A stretch of 64,000 nt of DNA. Origin: Deltaproteobacteria bacterium (GTDB taxonomy: Bacteria; Myxococcota_A; Polyangia; Fen-1088). Of this stretch, positions 35,802 through 45,206 are shown piece after piece. The notes below the pieces were generated by a model that searched no databases, was not told the origin of the DNA, and was given only the letters and a program-made list of their open reading frames with translations. The DNA lies in contig JANRKS010000032.1 in the NCBI GenBank assembly GCA_033763315.1, positions 544,001 through 608,000 on the forward strand. The letters run 5' to 3'. Position 1 is the stretch's first letter. The number at the start of each line of letters is the position of its first letter. The position numbers and the translations under genes are program-made.

Positions 35802-36716
35802 ATGCCGCGCTCTGCACGCACGCTCATGGTGGTGGATCGCTTCGCGTCGCAGGCCAAAGCGATGCGAAGCGTGTTCGACGAACGCTTTGCGGATCCGCGC
35901 CGCACCAACGGTGACCGGTTTGTATGGGATTACTGGCACGTGCCGGGCCAATACACGGCGCTGCGTACGCCGGCCTATCACTACTTCCCCGCGAAATTGT
36001 ATGAAGCGTTTCACAATCACTTGGTTTGGTGGGGGCGCCGCACGTTGGGGTGTCACGACGTTTCGCCACCCTGGTTGTCTTGTTACGTCGAGGGCTGCCG
36101 CCAAGAGCTGCACGGCGATGTGCCGCACGGACCCTGGGCGTTCGTGTTCTCGTTAACGCCCTGGTTAAAGCGCGTGTTTCGCGGCGGCGAAACCTTGATG
36201 TTGCGCGACGACGTTTTGGATTATTGGCATGGCTTTGCTTCCGACGGAATCGTCGAAGAGCCGCAGGTGCTGCAAGCGGTTGCGCCGCTGTTCAACCGCT
36301 TGGTGGTCTTTGACCCGCGCATCCCGCACGGCGTGCGACGGGTGGAGGGCACCCACGATCCACGGCTGGGGCGGCTTGTAGTGCATGGGTGGTTCGTGCA
36401 ACCACGGCCTTTCATTGAGGGACCGCTGCAGCCTGCCGTCTTAGAAAGACGCATCGATGATCTTTCTGCCGCTATTGAACGGTTGCTGGCAGGCGGCATC
36501 GCCGTGAGCGGCATGATGAGCCTCAAAGTCAATGTCACGGCGAAGGGTGCGGTGGCCAAAGTCGCGGTGCTTTCCGACAACACGCGCGTTCCGGCGGCCT
36601 ACGCTGCGGACCGCGCACGGCTGCTGCGGGCCATAACCGCCACGGTTCGCGCTTGGACCTTCCCCCGGCGTCCGGCGCCCTCGGCCATTACGTTGCCGTT
36701 GGTGTTTGCGAGCTAA
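35802..36716 (+). CDS. 2OG-Fe(II) oxygenase with a C-terminal TonB-C-like domain
   Basis: HxD (ELHGD), F.GGET, P.FNRLVVFD.RIPHGV, R.VVHGWF. C-terminal G...V.V...G.V..V.V...W.FP...ITLPLVF. Confidence 0.8.
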   Translation: MPRSARTLMVVDRFASQAKAMRSVFDERFADPRRTNGDRFVWDYWHVPGQYTALRTPAYHYFPAKLYEAFHNHLVWWGRRTLGCHDVSPPWLSCYVEGCRQELHGDVPHGPWAFVFSLTPWLKRVFRGGETLMLRDDVLDYWHGFASDGIVEEPQVLQAVAPLFNRLVVFDPRIPHGVRRVEGTHDPRLGRLVVHGWFVQPRPFIEGPLQPAVLERRIDDLSAAIERLLAGGIAVSGMMSLKVNVTAKGAVAKVAVLSDNTRVPAAYAADRARLLRAITATVRAWTFPRRPAPSAITLPLVFAS

Positions 36717-36811
36717 AACACCAGGAAAAGCGCTTTTGATTGGTTTGCACACCCTGGTGTGCCTTGCGCCGGGGCAGCGGCATCACATATTAAGCCCTCC
36801 AGGCACTCATT

Positions 36812-37345
36812 ATGTATCGCGTCACCAGCGGCATTCATATTCACTTCGGTCACCACGTGCGCGGCCACGCCGGCCCGTGCATCTCTCTTCATGGTCACAC
36901 CTGGCTGTTCCAAGTGACCCTGGAATCGAAAGACTTGGACAAGCAGGGCTTCGTTGCCGATTTCGACGTTTTATTCGAGAAAGTGCTGACGCCGTGCCAC
37001 CAGCTTTTGGATCACTCGCTTGCCCTTGGTGAACAAAGTTTCAAAGAAACCGAAGGTCCGTTGGCGCAGATGGGTGAATCGTTGGTCGCTTCACGCATGG
37101 AGATCTGCGGCAATTTAGGCACGCGGCAAGCAGGCCTCGAGGGCGTCCTGGCCGGCGCTCGCAACGTGTGGCCCGGAGGCATCAAGGTGAGCGTGTTTCC
37201 CTTTACGCCCACGTCAGAGCGGTTGGCCGAATGGCTTTACAATGCCACCTCGCAAAGCATGTCAGACGAACGCGTGCGCGTGGCCGTGGCCCGCGTGTAC
37301 GAAACGTTGAACCCCGTGGAAAGCTACGCCGAGTACATTCCGTAG
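36812..37345 (+). CDS. queD: 6-carboxytetrahydropterin synthase (QueD/PTPS family)
   Basis: GH, C..LHGHTW, G.V.DF, LDH, PTSERLA, VYET. Confidence 0.8.
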   Translation: MYRVTSGIHIHFGHHVRGHAGPCISLHGHTWLFQVTLESKDLDKQGFVADFDVLFEKVLTPCHQLLDHSLALGEQSFKETEGPLAQMGESLVASRMEICGNLGTRQAGLEGVLAGARNVWPGGIKVSVFPFTPTSERLAEWLYNATSQSMSDERVRVAVARVYETLNPVESYAEYIP

Positions 37346-37354
37346 CAGGATGAG

Positions 37355-37390
37355 TTGGCCGATTCGTCAGGTGTTTGGCCGATGCGCCAG
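37355..37390 (+). promoter_or_regulatory. Tandem direct repeat, probable AraC/GlxA-family operator
   Basis: TTGGCCGATTCGTCAG (37355-37370) and TTGGCCGATGCGCCAG (37375-37390), 20-bp period, upstream of the desaturase gene. Confidence 0.6.
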
Positions 37391-37448
37391 CTGAGACTGT
37401 TGCGCGGGAAAAGTACGCTGATCTTCAAGTCAAAACTTGGAGATCACC

Positions 37449-38243
37449 ATGCCCACACCGCTTCAAATCCTCGCTGATCCTGTCTCGCTCGCGTTCTTCG
37501 CACTTTACATAACGCTTTTGCTTTGGGAGGCCGTGCGACCGGCGAGGCGTCTTCCTGCCGTCCCAGGTTGGTACGTGCGCGGCGCGGTCGCCACCGTCGG
37601 CTACTTCTTTGTCTCGTCGTACTTGCCGTTGTGGCTGGCGCCCTATCTTGAGCCGCTGCAAATCGTGAATCTGAGTTCACTCGGAACATGGTGGGGCGGC
37701 CTGGTCGCCCTGCTCGCGTACGAATTTCTAGGGTACGCCTGGCACCGGGCGTTCTTGCACGGAACTGACTTCGGCTTTCGGGTCTTCCATCAGTGGCACC
37801 ACAGCGCAGAACGCTTAGACGTCTCGAGTGCCCTGTGGTTCAGCCCCCTTGATATGGTGGGCTGGACGCTGGTGTCAACCGTGGCGCTGGCCGTTCTTGG
37901 TGTCTCGCCGGGGGCCACTGTGGTGTTCATCTTGGCCTCAACGTTTCTGTCTATCTTTCAGCACGCGAACATTCGCACGCCCTTGTGGTTGGGGTATTTA
38001 ATCCAGCGGCCTGAGAACCACGCGCGACATCATGAACGCGGTGTGCATGCGGGCAATTATGCAGATCTTCCCGTGGTCGATTGGATGTTCGGCACCTTCG
38101 TCAACGCATCTGCGTTCCCCGCACACACGGGCTATGGGGAGGGTGCTTCGTCGCGCTTGGTAGACATGTTGCTTTGCAAGGATGTGGCAACCGCGAGCCC
38201 GCCGCGGTCAAGTGCGGCTTTGCTCCAGCGCTTTGCGAAGTGA
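37449..38243 (+). CDS. Sterol desaturase / fatty acid hydroxylase family protein
   Basis: His boxes WHRAFLH, HQWHHS, QHAN and HARHH, plus NYADLP..D..FGT. Hydrophobic segments. Confidence 0.9.
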   Translation: MPTPLQILADPVSLAFFALYITLLLWEAVRPARRLPAVPGWYVRGAVATVGYFFVSSYLPLWLAPYLEPLQIVNLSSLGTWWGGLVALLAYEFLGYAWHRAFLHGTDFGFRVFHQWHHSAERLDVSSALWFSPLDMVGWTLVSTVALAVLGVSPGATVVFILASTFLSIFQHANIRTPLWLGYLIQRPENHARHHERGVHAGNYADLPVVDWMFGTFVNASAFPAHTGYGEGASSRLVDMLLCKDVATASPPRSSAALLQRFAK

Positions 38244-39251
38244 TCCGAAACGCCGCCGGTACTCGACGGGTGTCATCCGCACCAGCCGTTTGAACAACCT
38301 TGAGAAGAACGTGACGTCGCCATAGCCAGCGCGTTCCGCGACGAGCGCAAGGGGATCGTCGGTGCTTTCAAGTTGCTTCTTCGCTTCCTCAAGCCGCACC
38401 ATGTGAACGTAAGCGAGCGGCGTCATCCCTGTGGCATCGAGGAAGCGACGCTTGAAGGTGCGTTCGGCGAGGCCACTTAGCCTCACCATGGAGGCGACGG
38501 GGGCCTCCACGCCGGGGCGTTGTCCAATCCACTCCTGACACTTGGCGATCACGAGATCCTTGTTCTGCCGAGCGGAGGCCAGTCGGGCGTATGGCTGTTG
38601 TCCGCGGGAGTGCCAGTCGATGAGGTTCAGCCGCGCCACTTGGTTGGCGGTTTCCAGGTCTGACGCGCGGGCGATGAGATATAGGGCCAGATCAAAATAC
38701 GAGGTGCCGCCACCCGCCATCACGAGGCGTTGCCCCTCGCCGGTGATCACCAGCGCGCGTTCTGGATGAACCTTCACCTTTGGATAACGTTGCGCAAGCG
38801 CATCGCAGAAAGCCCAATGAGTGGTGGCATCGTAGCCATCCAACAAGCCCGCCTCCGCAAGCAACAAGGCGCCTGAGCACGCGGATGCCACCACCGCGCC
38901 TGCTTGGTGTTGCCGTCGCAACCAATCGGCCTCTTGAGTGTATCGGCCAGCCACCGTCACGTTGGGGCTGACGGCCAACTCGGGCACGCAAACGATGTCG
39001 AATGGCTCGTCTGCCAAAGCACGTTGGGGACAGATCACCACGTCGTTGGCCGCCGCAAACGGCTCCTGGCTGGCGGCGAGGATTGTGGGTTGCAGCACCG
39101 CGCGACCTGGCCGGCCCGTGGTCACCAGCCCCCAGTCGCGCCCGGCCGAGGCGAACAGATCGAACATGCCGAACACCACGGAAGCCGATGCGTCCGGGTG
39201 TGCCAGAATCGCCACGCGGGGCGGCTTCACCTTTGCGGCTCTGTTAGACAT
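38208..39251 (-). CDS. GlxA-family transcriptional regulator (DJ-1/PfpI + AraC HTH)
   Basis: SACSGA.LLAEAGLLDG..ATTHW, AGGGTS..DL.LYLI, ERTFKRRF..ATG.TP..Y, GY.D..FFSRLFKR. Confidence 0.92.
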   Translation of the reverse strand: MSNRAAKVKPPRVAILAHPDASASVVFGMFDLFASAGRDWGLVTTGRPGRAVLQPTILAASQEPFAAANDVVICPQRALADEPFDIVCVPELAVSPNVTVAGRYTQEADWLRRQHQAGAVVASACSGALLLAEAGLLDGYDATTHWAFCDALAQRYPKVKVHPERALVITGEGQRLVMAGGGTSYFDLALYLIARASDLETANQVARLNLIDWHSRGQQPYARLASARQNKDLVIAKCQEWIGQRPGVEAPVASMVRLSGLAERTFKRRFLDATGMTPLAYVHMVRLEEAKKQLESTDDPLALVAERAGYGDVTFFSRLFKRLVRMTPVEYRRRFGSLRKALEQSRT

Positions 39252-39420
39252 CGACCCGAACCGAGAGCTCACCGTCGGCGCTCACCACCACCTTGATGGA
39301 GATGGGCCTACAACAAACGTCACAGTCTTGCACGAACTCTTGTGTGCCGGGCTCGGCTTCATCGACATCGGCCAATTCACACGGCTCGCCGCAATAAGGG
39401 CATTCAATGAGCTCAAGCAT
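39244..39420 (-). CDS. CPXCG-motif cysteine-rich small protein (58 aa, absent from the ORF track)
   Basis: Hand translation: MLELIECPYCGEPCELADVDEAEPGTQEFVQDCDVCCRPISIKVVVSADGELSVRVDV. Stop overlaps the GlxA regulator start. Confidence 0.88.
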   Translation of the reverse strand: MLELIECPYCGEPCELADVDEAEPGTQEFVQDCDVCCRPISIKVVVSADGELSVRVDV

Positions 39421-39447
39421 GGCGTCAGGTTATCAGAGCCGCGGGCG

Positions 39448-39840
39448 TTATCGTTGGTTTGTGGCCGAAGTGTCGTCCGAGCCGCGTAAACCTTCTGGCT
39501 CATAGACACCGAGTACGTTGTTGGCGGTGTGCCACAACTGCAGGGCCGTTTTGTCCTGCATGGGTGGCTCACCCGTCATCGTTAAGATCTTCATGAGCGC
39601 TTCGCGCGCGCGCCGCAACTCGAAGGCAAGCCATGTGACATCAATGCCCGCTTGTGTGGAATCGGCGCGGAACCGTGTTTCGATTTCGCGAATGCGGCGT
39701 TCAGTCAACAGATGACGGCGTGGCGGGCGCCCGGTGCCGTCACAGTCGGTGCAGCCGATCGGACCGTTGAGGCTGCCCACTTCACCGGTTCCTAAACACG
39801 TCAGGCACTTGCCCTGTAATGAGTTCTGTTGCGCTTGCAT
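39448..39840 (-). CDS. Hypothetical protein with a DnaJ-like zinc-finger pair
   Basis: CLTCLGTG and CTDCDGTG (two CxxCxGxG motifs), followed by a helical region WLAFELRRAREAL. Confidence 0.7.
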   Translation of the reverse strand: MQAQQNSLQGKCLTCLGTGEVGSLNGPIGCTDCDGTGRPPRRHLLTERRIREIETRFRADSTQAGIDVTWLAFELRRAREALMKILTMTGEPPMQDKTALQLWHTANNVLGVYEPEGLRGSDDTSATNQR

Positions 39841-39882
39841 GCGTGCATTCTTCCCTTTGCGCCTCGCGAACGCAAATGCGGT

Positions 39883-40695
39883 CTACGTAGGTTCCCAGCC
39901 GGGGCCCCGTGTTTCGAACAGGCCGGCCAACGGTACGGTCGTGATTCCAGCAATGAAAATACGAGAGTCGAACCACGTCACACCGTTTTCGTGATCCACG
40001 GCGTGCGCCAAACCTTGGTTGCGCAAGGTGATTTCAACTTCACCCAGGCGGCTGCGTATAACCAGCTTGCCATTGTCCTCACGCCGCCATCTGGGCCGCA
40101 GGCTCAATACAGTGCGCGGCGTTGCATCTGGTTTGGTGCATGACACATAGCTGCTGGTGATACGAAACCCGAGCGCCGTTTTTACGCGGGATATGGCGCC
40201 CACAAGCTGTGGGGTGGCCTCCTGAGGATACGTTGTGAAGTAAAGGTATTCGGGAAGTGTGCGCCCGTAATGTTGGCTGATGGTTCCTGCGGCGTTGCTG
40301 AGCGTATAGTGACGTGCCTCGCCGTTGCGCGCGGTGAATGAAATGCCGCCGTTGTACACCACGCGCGGGTGATCTTTGGCTGTGATGGCGAATACCCCGA
40401 AAGGATTCAAGGGCGCCACGGCGCACGCGCTTTGCTTTACCGAGAACCCAATGTCGAAATTCAGACCTGTGGCGCTGCGTGTGATGCGATCGCCTGTGGG
40501 CGACAATGACGAGCCTCCGCTGGCCGGCTCATCAATGACCTCGTGGTGTTGCAGCTGTTCGTTCTGCACCACGAAAAGCCGCAGCGTGTTGCCGCGCGGG
40601 CTGCGTATCACGTCCAACATCACGAAGGCCTGCGGGCCCACGGCGATGAAGTGGTAGGTGCACTCGAAAGGCAGACGGGGGTGAACGCGCAGCAT
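39883..40695 (-). CDS. Hypothetical beta-rich protein
   Basis: Long ORF filling the gap. Start chosen at ATG 40695, 7 nt after TACTGT; the ORF is open up to 40788. No family recognised. Confidence 0.55.
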   Translation of the reverse strand: MLRVHPRLPFECTYHFIAVGPQAFVMLDVIRSPRGNTLRLFVVQNEQLQHHEVIDEPASGGSSLSPTGDRITRSATGLNFDIGFSVKQSACAVAPLNPFGVFAITAKDHPRVVYNGGISFTARNGEARHYTLSNAAGTISQHYGRTLPEYLYFTTYPQEATPQLVGAISRVKTALGFRITSSYVSCTKPDATPRTVLSLRPRWRREDNGKLVIRSRLGEVEITLRNQGLAHAVDHENGVTWFDSRIFIAGITTVPLAGLFETRGPGWEPT

Positions 40696-40790
40696 GTTGT
40701 GCACAGTAACCGTTTGGCGGGCGCCCGTCGATGGGCGCGCCAAAGCGGTGGTGTCGCGGAACGGCCCGCTTGTGGCTAAGCTAGGCACAT

Positions 40791-41324
40791 ATGAATGCCT
40801 ATGCCGCGTTTCTTCGTGGGGTCAGCCCGCTGAATTTGAAAATGCCCGTGCTGAAGGCGGCATTGGAGGCGGTCAATTTCGTCAACGTTAAGACGCTGCT
40901 TTCAAGCGGCAACGTGGTGTTTCAAACACGGCTTTCCACAGAGACGACTGTGGAAACCAAAGTGGAGGCAGCGTTGATCGATCACGTGGGGCGGCCGTTT
41001 TATACGATCGCCCGCTCTGTGAACGCACTGCGGGAGATGGTTGCCAGCCAGCCGCACGCGGCCTTTAAGCCTCGGGCTGAAGCCAAGTTGGTGGTGACTT
41101 TCCTGCGAGACAAACCAAAGCAGCGGCCCGTCCTGCCGCTTGAGCGTGATGGCGTTCGCTTGTTGGCGATGACCGATCGCGAAGTGTTTTCAGACTACGT
41201 GGTGGGCCCGGCCGGTCCTGTGTTCATGACGTTGCTCGAAAAGACGTTTGGCAAAAACATCACGACGCGCACGTGGGACACAGTGGCCAAGGTTGTGGCG
41301 GCGGGCGATAAGTTTTGCTCCTGA
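40791..41324 (+). CDS. DUF1697 family protein
   Basis: YAAFLRGV, KM..LK, V.TLL.SGNVVF, TTRTW.TV.K. Confidence 0.88.
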   Translation: MNAYAAFLRGVSPLNLKMPVLKAALEAVNFVNVKTLLSSGNVVFQTRLSTETTVETKVEAALIDHVGRPFYTIARSVNALREMVASQPHAAFKPRAEAKLVVTFLRDKPKQRPVLPLERDGVRLLAMTDREVFSDYVVGPAGPVFMTLLEKTFGKNITTRTWDTVAKVVAAGDKFCS

Positions 41325-41356
41325 GTTCCGCGCCCCCTATCCTCGGGGCAGTTTTG

Positions 41357-44300
41357 TCAGGGCAAGGTCGGCAGCAAAACGTTCGCAAAGCGCAGGGGGC
41401 GTTTCACACCCGCCTGCTGCAGCCATTGGTTTGCCGCTGCCATTTCCGCCGAACGCTCGGCGGGCACAGGGGCCAAGGCAGCGGCACGCAGACGCGCCAC
41501 GGCCGCGTGGCCTTGCATGTTTGCCTGCGAGAACGCCTCGGTCGCCGCTAGGTATAAGGACCGTGCCGCTGCGTCCTGCGCCAAAGCTGCCACGCCAGCC
41601 CGCAGCCCGGCGGCCAATGCTTGGGCCCAAGGGCTGGCCTCTTTGCGGAGCGAGCGCAAAACGCTGTGCAGCTCGCCTAGAGCTTTTGTGCGTTGCAAAG
41701 GTTGTGCGATGGCCCTTGCCAACAAACAACGGCCGCGCAAATCAAGGTGTTCCACGCGGGCCGTTTGGACCCGCAACAACAGCGATCGTCGCAGCGCCTG
41801 CGCGTCGTTGTGCAACCGCTGCCACGCCTGCTCGCCTTGCCCTTGATAAAGCGCGAAGTGGCACTGCGCCACCATCTGCCAATACGACAACGCGTGGTAG
41901 GGCTCGCGCGGCCAGCGTTGCGTTCGCTCCTGCAGCACGCGCGCGCCCGTGACGACGTCATCGTTGAGCAACCACGGAAAACACAACACGGATGAGCTGA
42001 GGCTGGTGGCCGTATACAAATCGCCGCGGGCTTCCGCTTCGGCCACTTGCAGCGGCAGTTGCTGCGCAAGCTCTTTCCACGCGCCCAGATAATAACGCGA
42101 CCACGCGCCAAACAACCGTGCGGAGCCCATTTCCCACCACACGCCCAAACAACCTTCAAAAGTGTTGGCGGCGCTGTCACACAGGCGCACCGCCTCTGTG
42201 TGCTGGGCCTCAAGGTATTTGCCCATGCCTTGCGCCAAAGTGGCCCAGCCTTGCGCGAATGGCTCTTTCACGCGCGCGGCGGCGTGTGCCGCGACTTCCA
42301 CCAACGCCGCCGTTCGCTGTTTTGTTGCCGTGCCTCGCACGGCTGAATATCCCGCTTCGGCCGCCAAGGCGCGTGCGATGCGGTTGGGCTCTCCGAGTTT
42401 CAGCGCCAAACGCAGGTGCCGCGTTTGAAAATCCATCGCGCGCACGTTGTCGATGATGCCCAAAGCTGTGGACACGGACCAGAACACATCAAGCCGCAAC
42501 AACTGCTCCGCAGAGATGGTGGCCTCGGATCGCTCCTGATAGCGCAACCCGCGCCAACGAATGCGCGCGCGCCGCCACAGCAAGGGCAGAAGGGCCCGGC
42601 GAGACGATGAGGCCAAGCGTTCGCCGATGCTGCGCAAGACGACGTCAAGCACCTGCAACCCCGCTTGCAGGTGACCGGTGCGCAGCAACTGCTCTGCCGC
42701 GCGTCGACGCAGATCCAGCGCCTTGTTTGGCTCGCTGTCTTGCGCGGCTGCAAGATAGGCGTTCGCCGCGGCTTCGCCCCGCCCCAAGTTCACGAGCGCG
42801 TGGCCCATCCGCTCGTAAAGGGGGCAAAGGCCTTGTTCTGTCGGGCCGTATAGCGTGATGGCCTGCCCGAGCAGATGCACGGAATGCTCGAACGCCAAGG
42901 CCGCGTCGGCACGCGCGCTCGCCGCGGTGAAGGCCTGCGCTGCCTCTTTTGTGCGCCCCACAGCCAGATAATGCGAGCCCAAGATTTCAGGGTCAGCGTC
43001 TTCGCGGCCCAGCAGGGCATGCAAAAGCTTTGTGTGGCAGTCACGTTGCTGTGCCGGCGGCAACAGCCCCGTGATGGCCGCCCGGATGCGATCGTGATCA
43101 ATCTCAACCACGTTGTCGTGGCTGCGTAGCAGGTGGGCTTGCCGCAGCTCCGTCACACAATCAGCCTGCGTGCGATTCAACGCCGCCGCTTCCATCGCGA
43201 TCTCCAGAAGCGTGGGCCGTCCGGCTGTGGCCACAATGTGCAGCAAAGACCGTGCGGGTGCGCTGAGGGCTTCCATGCGGGCGCGAACCATGTCTTGCAA
43301 CGTTGCGCCCGTGCTGTGCACGTCGCGCTTGCAATGGTTCACAAGCGCACGCAAAAAGAAGGCGTTGCCCGCCGCCTCACGCGCCAAGCTGATCGCCTGC
43401 CGTGGATCCTGCGAAGGCAGCCAGGCTTTCGCAAGGGCCGTGGCGTCCGGCTCCGGAAGCGGCAGAACAGGCAGGGTCACATGCGTCACCGTCGTGGCCT
43501 CTGCCAGGCCTTCGGCGAATGTGCGTAAGCACTGGTTGTCGTCCTCGGTGCGGTGGCACAGCACCAACAACAAAGCGGGCGCGTCGGCGGCGCACAAGGT
43601 TTCAAGCATCAGACGGGCGCTGTCTTCGTCGCCCCATTGCCAGTCGTCGATGCAGATGAGCAACGGCTTTTCGTCAGATAGACGTCCGAGCAATTCGCGA
43701 AACGCATGCCACGCTTGGCGACGTTGGGCTTGTGGATCTGCCGCCAGCGGACGTCGCACCGATCGCGCAAAGGCCGGCACCCGCCGTAACACGGGGAACA
43801 AACGGGTGAGCGCTTCGGCATCTCGGGGCACCACGGCGCTCGTATCCTTGCTTGCCAACAAATGCCGCGTCAGTGCGTCGATCACGCTGTCAAGGCCGCG
43901 GTAGGGCACCAGCTCGCGCTCATAACATCGCCCCGCCAACACCACGGCGTCATGGCGCTGCGCGATCTGTTCAAGCGCGTGCCGCAGCAGGGCGCTTTTG
44001 CCCACGCCCGAACTGCCATGCACCGTCATCACCACGGTGTGCCCCTGTCGCGCCTGCGCAAACGCCCCGTTGATCACGTTGGTTTCCTCGCTGCGCCCCA
44101 CCCACAGGGGGGCTTCGGAAGGCGTCGTTTGCGGCAGCGCCATGGCGCCCAGCGCGGCCAGCACAGTTTGTGCGTTGGGACGCTTCGTTGGATCTTGCTG
44201 TAGGAGCGCTTGGCACAGCTCATCAAGATCCGCCGGCACGTCGGGGCACAGCGCGCGCGGCGAGGGTGCGGGTGTGGTTTGTTTGCTCTGCAACACCTGG

Positions 44301-44962
44301 AACAGATTGCCTTCGAATGGCGGCTGCCCGGTCAACGCTTCGAACAGCATCGCACCCGCGGCGTAAAAATCAGTGCTCGGCTGCAAGGTCTGCCCGGCGG
44401 CTTGTTCGGGCGAAAGATACGCGGGTGTTCCTACGAGCCTTGGTTCAAGCGTTGCGAACAATTGGGTGAGCGCGATGTCCGTGACCAGCCCGAAATCAAG
44501 CAGCACCACGCGGCCTTCGGGCGTTACCAGGGCGTTTGACGGCTTGATGTCACGGTGCAGTTTTCCGGCGCTGTGAAGTGCCTCCATTCCTTGCACCAAA
44601 GCAAAAAACGCTTGGCGCAGGCGCTGCCACGTTTTGTCTGCTCGCACATAGCTGACAAAGTCGATGCCGTTGATCAGCTCCATGCTCAAGAACCAGCGAT
44701 CTTGATCGGCGGCGCCAAACAGTTCGTAAAGGCGCGCCAGGTTCGGGTGCGCCACGTCGGCCAGCGAGCGGAACTCGCGCTTTAGGTGGTAAATGCCGTT
44801 GGCGTCCATGTGGCGCAGCGTTTTGAGTGCCACGTGGCTTTGCCGCTCTTCGTCCCACGCTGCAAAGACCACACCCGTGCTGCCTTCGCCCAGGCGCCGC
44901 TCGAGACGAAACCGTCCCTTCGGTCCTAAGGTCGTTCCTGGTTCAGCCTGTGCGTCCCACAT
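41357..44962 (-). CDS. Serine/threonine protein kinase fused to an AAA/STAND-type ATPase and a TPR-like helical region
   Basis: LGEG..G.V, VALK, HRDIKPSN, DFG, GTPAY.SPEQ. Walker A GSSGVGKS, Walker B ICIDD.QW.D. Long helical-repeat C-terminus. Confidence 0.92.
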   Translation of the reverse strand: MWDAQAEPGTTLGPKGRFRLERRLGEGSTGVVFAAWDEERQSHVALKTLRHMDANGIYHLKREFRSLADVAHPNLARLYELFGAADQDRWFLSMELINGIDFVSYVRADKTWQRLRQAFFALVQGMEALHSAGKLHRDIKPSNALVTPEGRVVLLDFGLVTDIALTQLFATLEPRLVGTPAYLSPEQAAGQTLQPSTDFYAAGAMLFEALTGQPPFEGNLFQVLQSKQTTPAPSPRALCPDVPADLDELCQALLQQDPTKRPNAQTVLAALGAMALPQTTPSEAPLWVGRSEETNVINGAFAQARQGHTVVMTVHGSSGVGKSALLRHALEQIAQRHDAVVLAGRCYERELVPYRGLDSVIDALTRHLLASKDTSAVVPRDAEALTRLFPVLRRVPAFARSVRRPLAADPQAQRRQAWHAFRELLGRLSDEKPLLICIDDWQWGDEDSARLMLETLCAADAPALLLVLCHRTEDDNQCLRTFAEGLAEATTVTHVTLPVLPLPEPDATALAKAWLPSQDPRQAISLAREAAGNAFFLRALVNHCKRDVHSTGATLQDMVRARMEALSAPARSLLHIVATAGRPTLLEIAMEAAALNRTQADCVTELRQAHLLRSHDNVVEIDHDRIRAAITGLLPPAQQRDCHTKLLHALLGREDADPEILGSHYLAVGRTKEAAQAFTAASARADAALAFEHSVHLLGQAITLYGPTEQGLCPLYERMGHALVNLGRGEAAANAYLAAAQDSEPNKALDLRRRAAEQLLRTGHLQAGLQVLDVVLRSIGERLASSSRRALLPLLWRRARIRWRGLRYQERSEATISAEQLLRLDVFWSVSTALGIIDNVRAMDFQTRHLRLALKLGEPNRIARALAAEAGYSAVRGTATKQRTAALVEVAAHAAARVKEPFAQGWATLAQGMGKYLEAQHTEAVRLCDSAANTFEGCLGVWWEMGSARLFGAWSRYYLGAWKELAQQLPLQVAEAEARGDLYTATSLSSSVLCFPWLLNDDVVTGARVLQERTQRWPREPYHALSYWQMVAQCHFALYQGQGEQAWQRLHNDAQALRRSLLLRVQTARVEHLDLRGRCLLARAIAQPLQRTKALGELHSVLRSLRKEASPWAQALAAGLRAGVAALAQDAAARSLYLAATEAFSQANMQGHAAVARLRAAALAPVPAERSAEMAAANQWLQQAGVKRPLRFANVLLPTLP

Positions 44963-45206
44963 GGTGTCTCTGCGTCTTCACCGCGGCCCTAGGACGCGCG
45001 ACCGCGAAAAATCGTGCACGCCAAATAGGAAAAACGCCGCGGCCTGTGTCTTGCGCCACAAGTGTTGTGCTGCAAGGGCAAGGACCAGTGCGGCCACGGC
45101 GAAGGCATGCCCCCACTATAAAACCAAGGCCTGTGTGTCCGGCAAGAGCGCCGATGCCCGCATCACAGGTCGTGCGGCAATTTTGCCCCTCGGCCCTGAA
45201 ACAGCA

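Noticed and set aside
44963-45206. Possible small gene or pseudogene between the kinase and the reductase operon
   Set aside because: Only short, motif-less minus-strand frames, one hydrophobic frame interrupted by TAG. No recognisable homology, so it cannot be supported.
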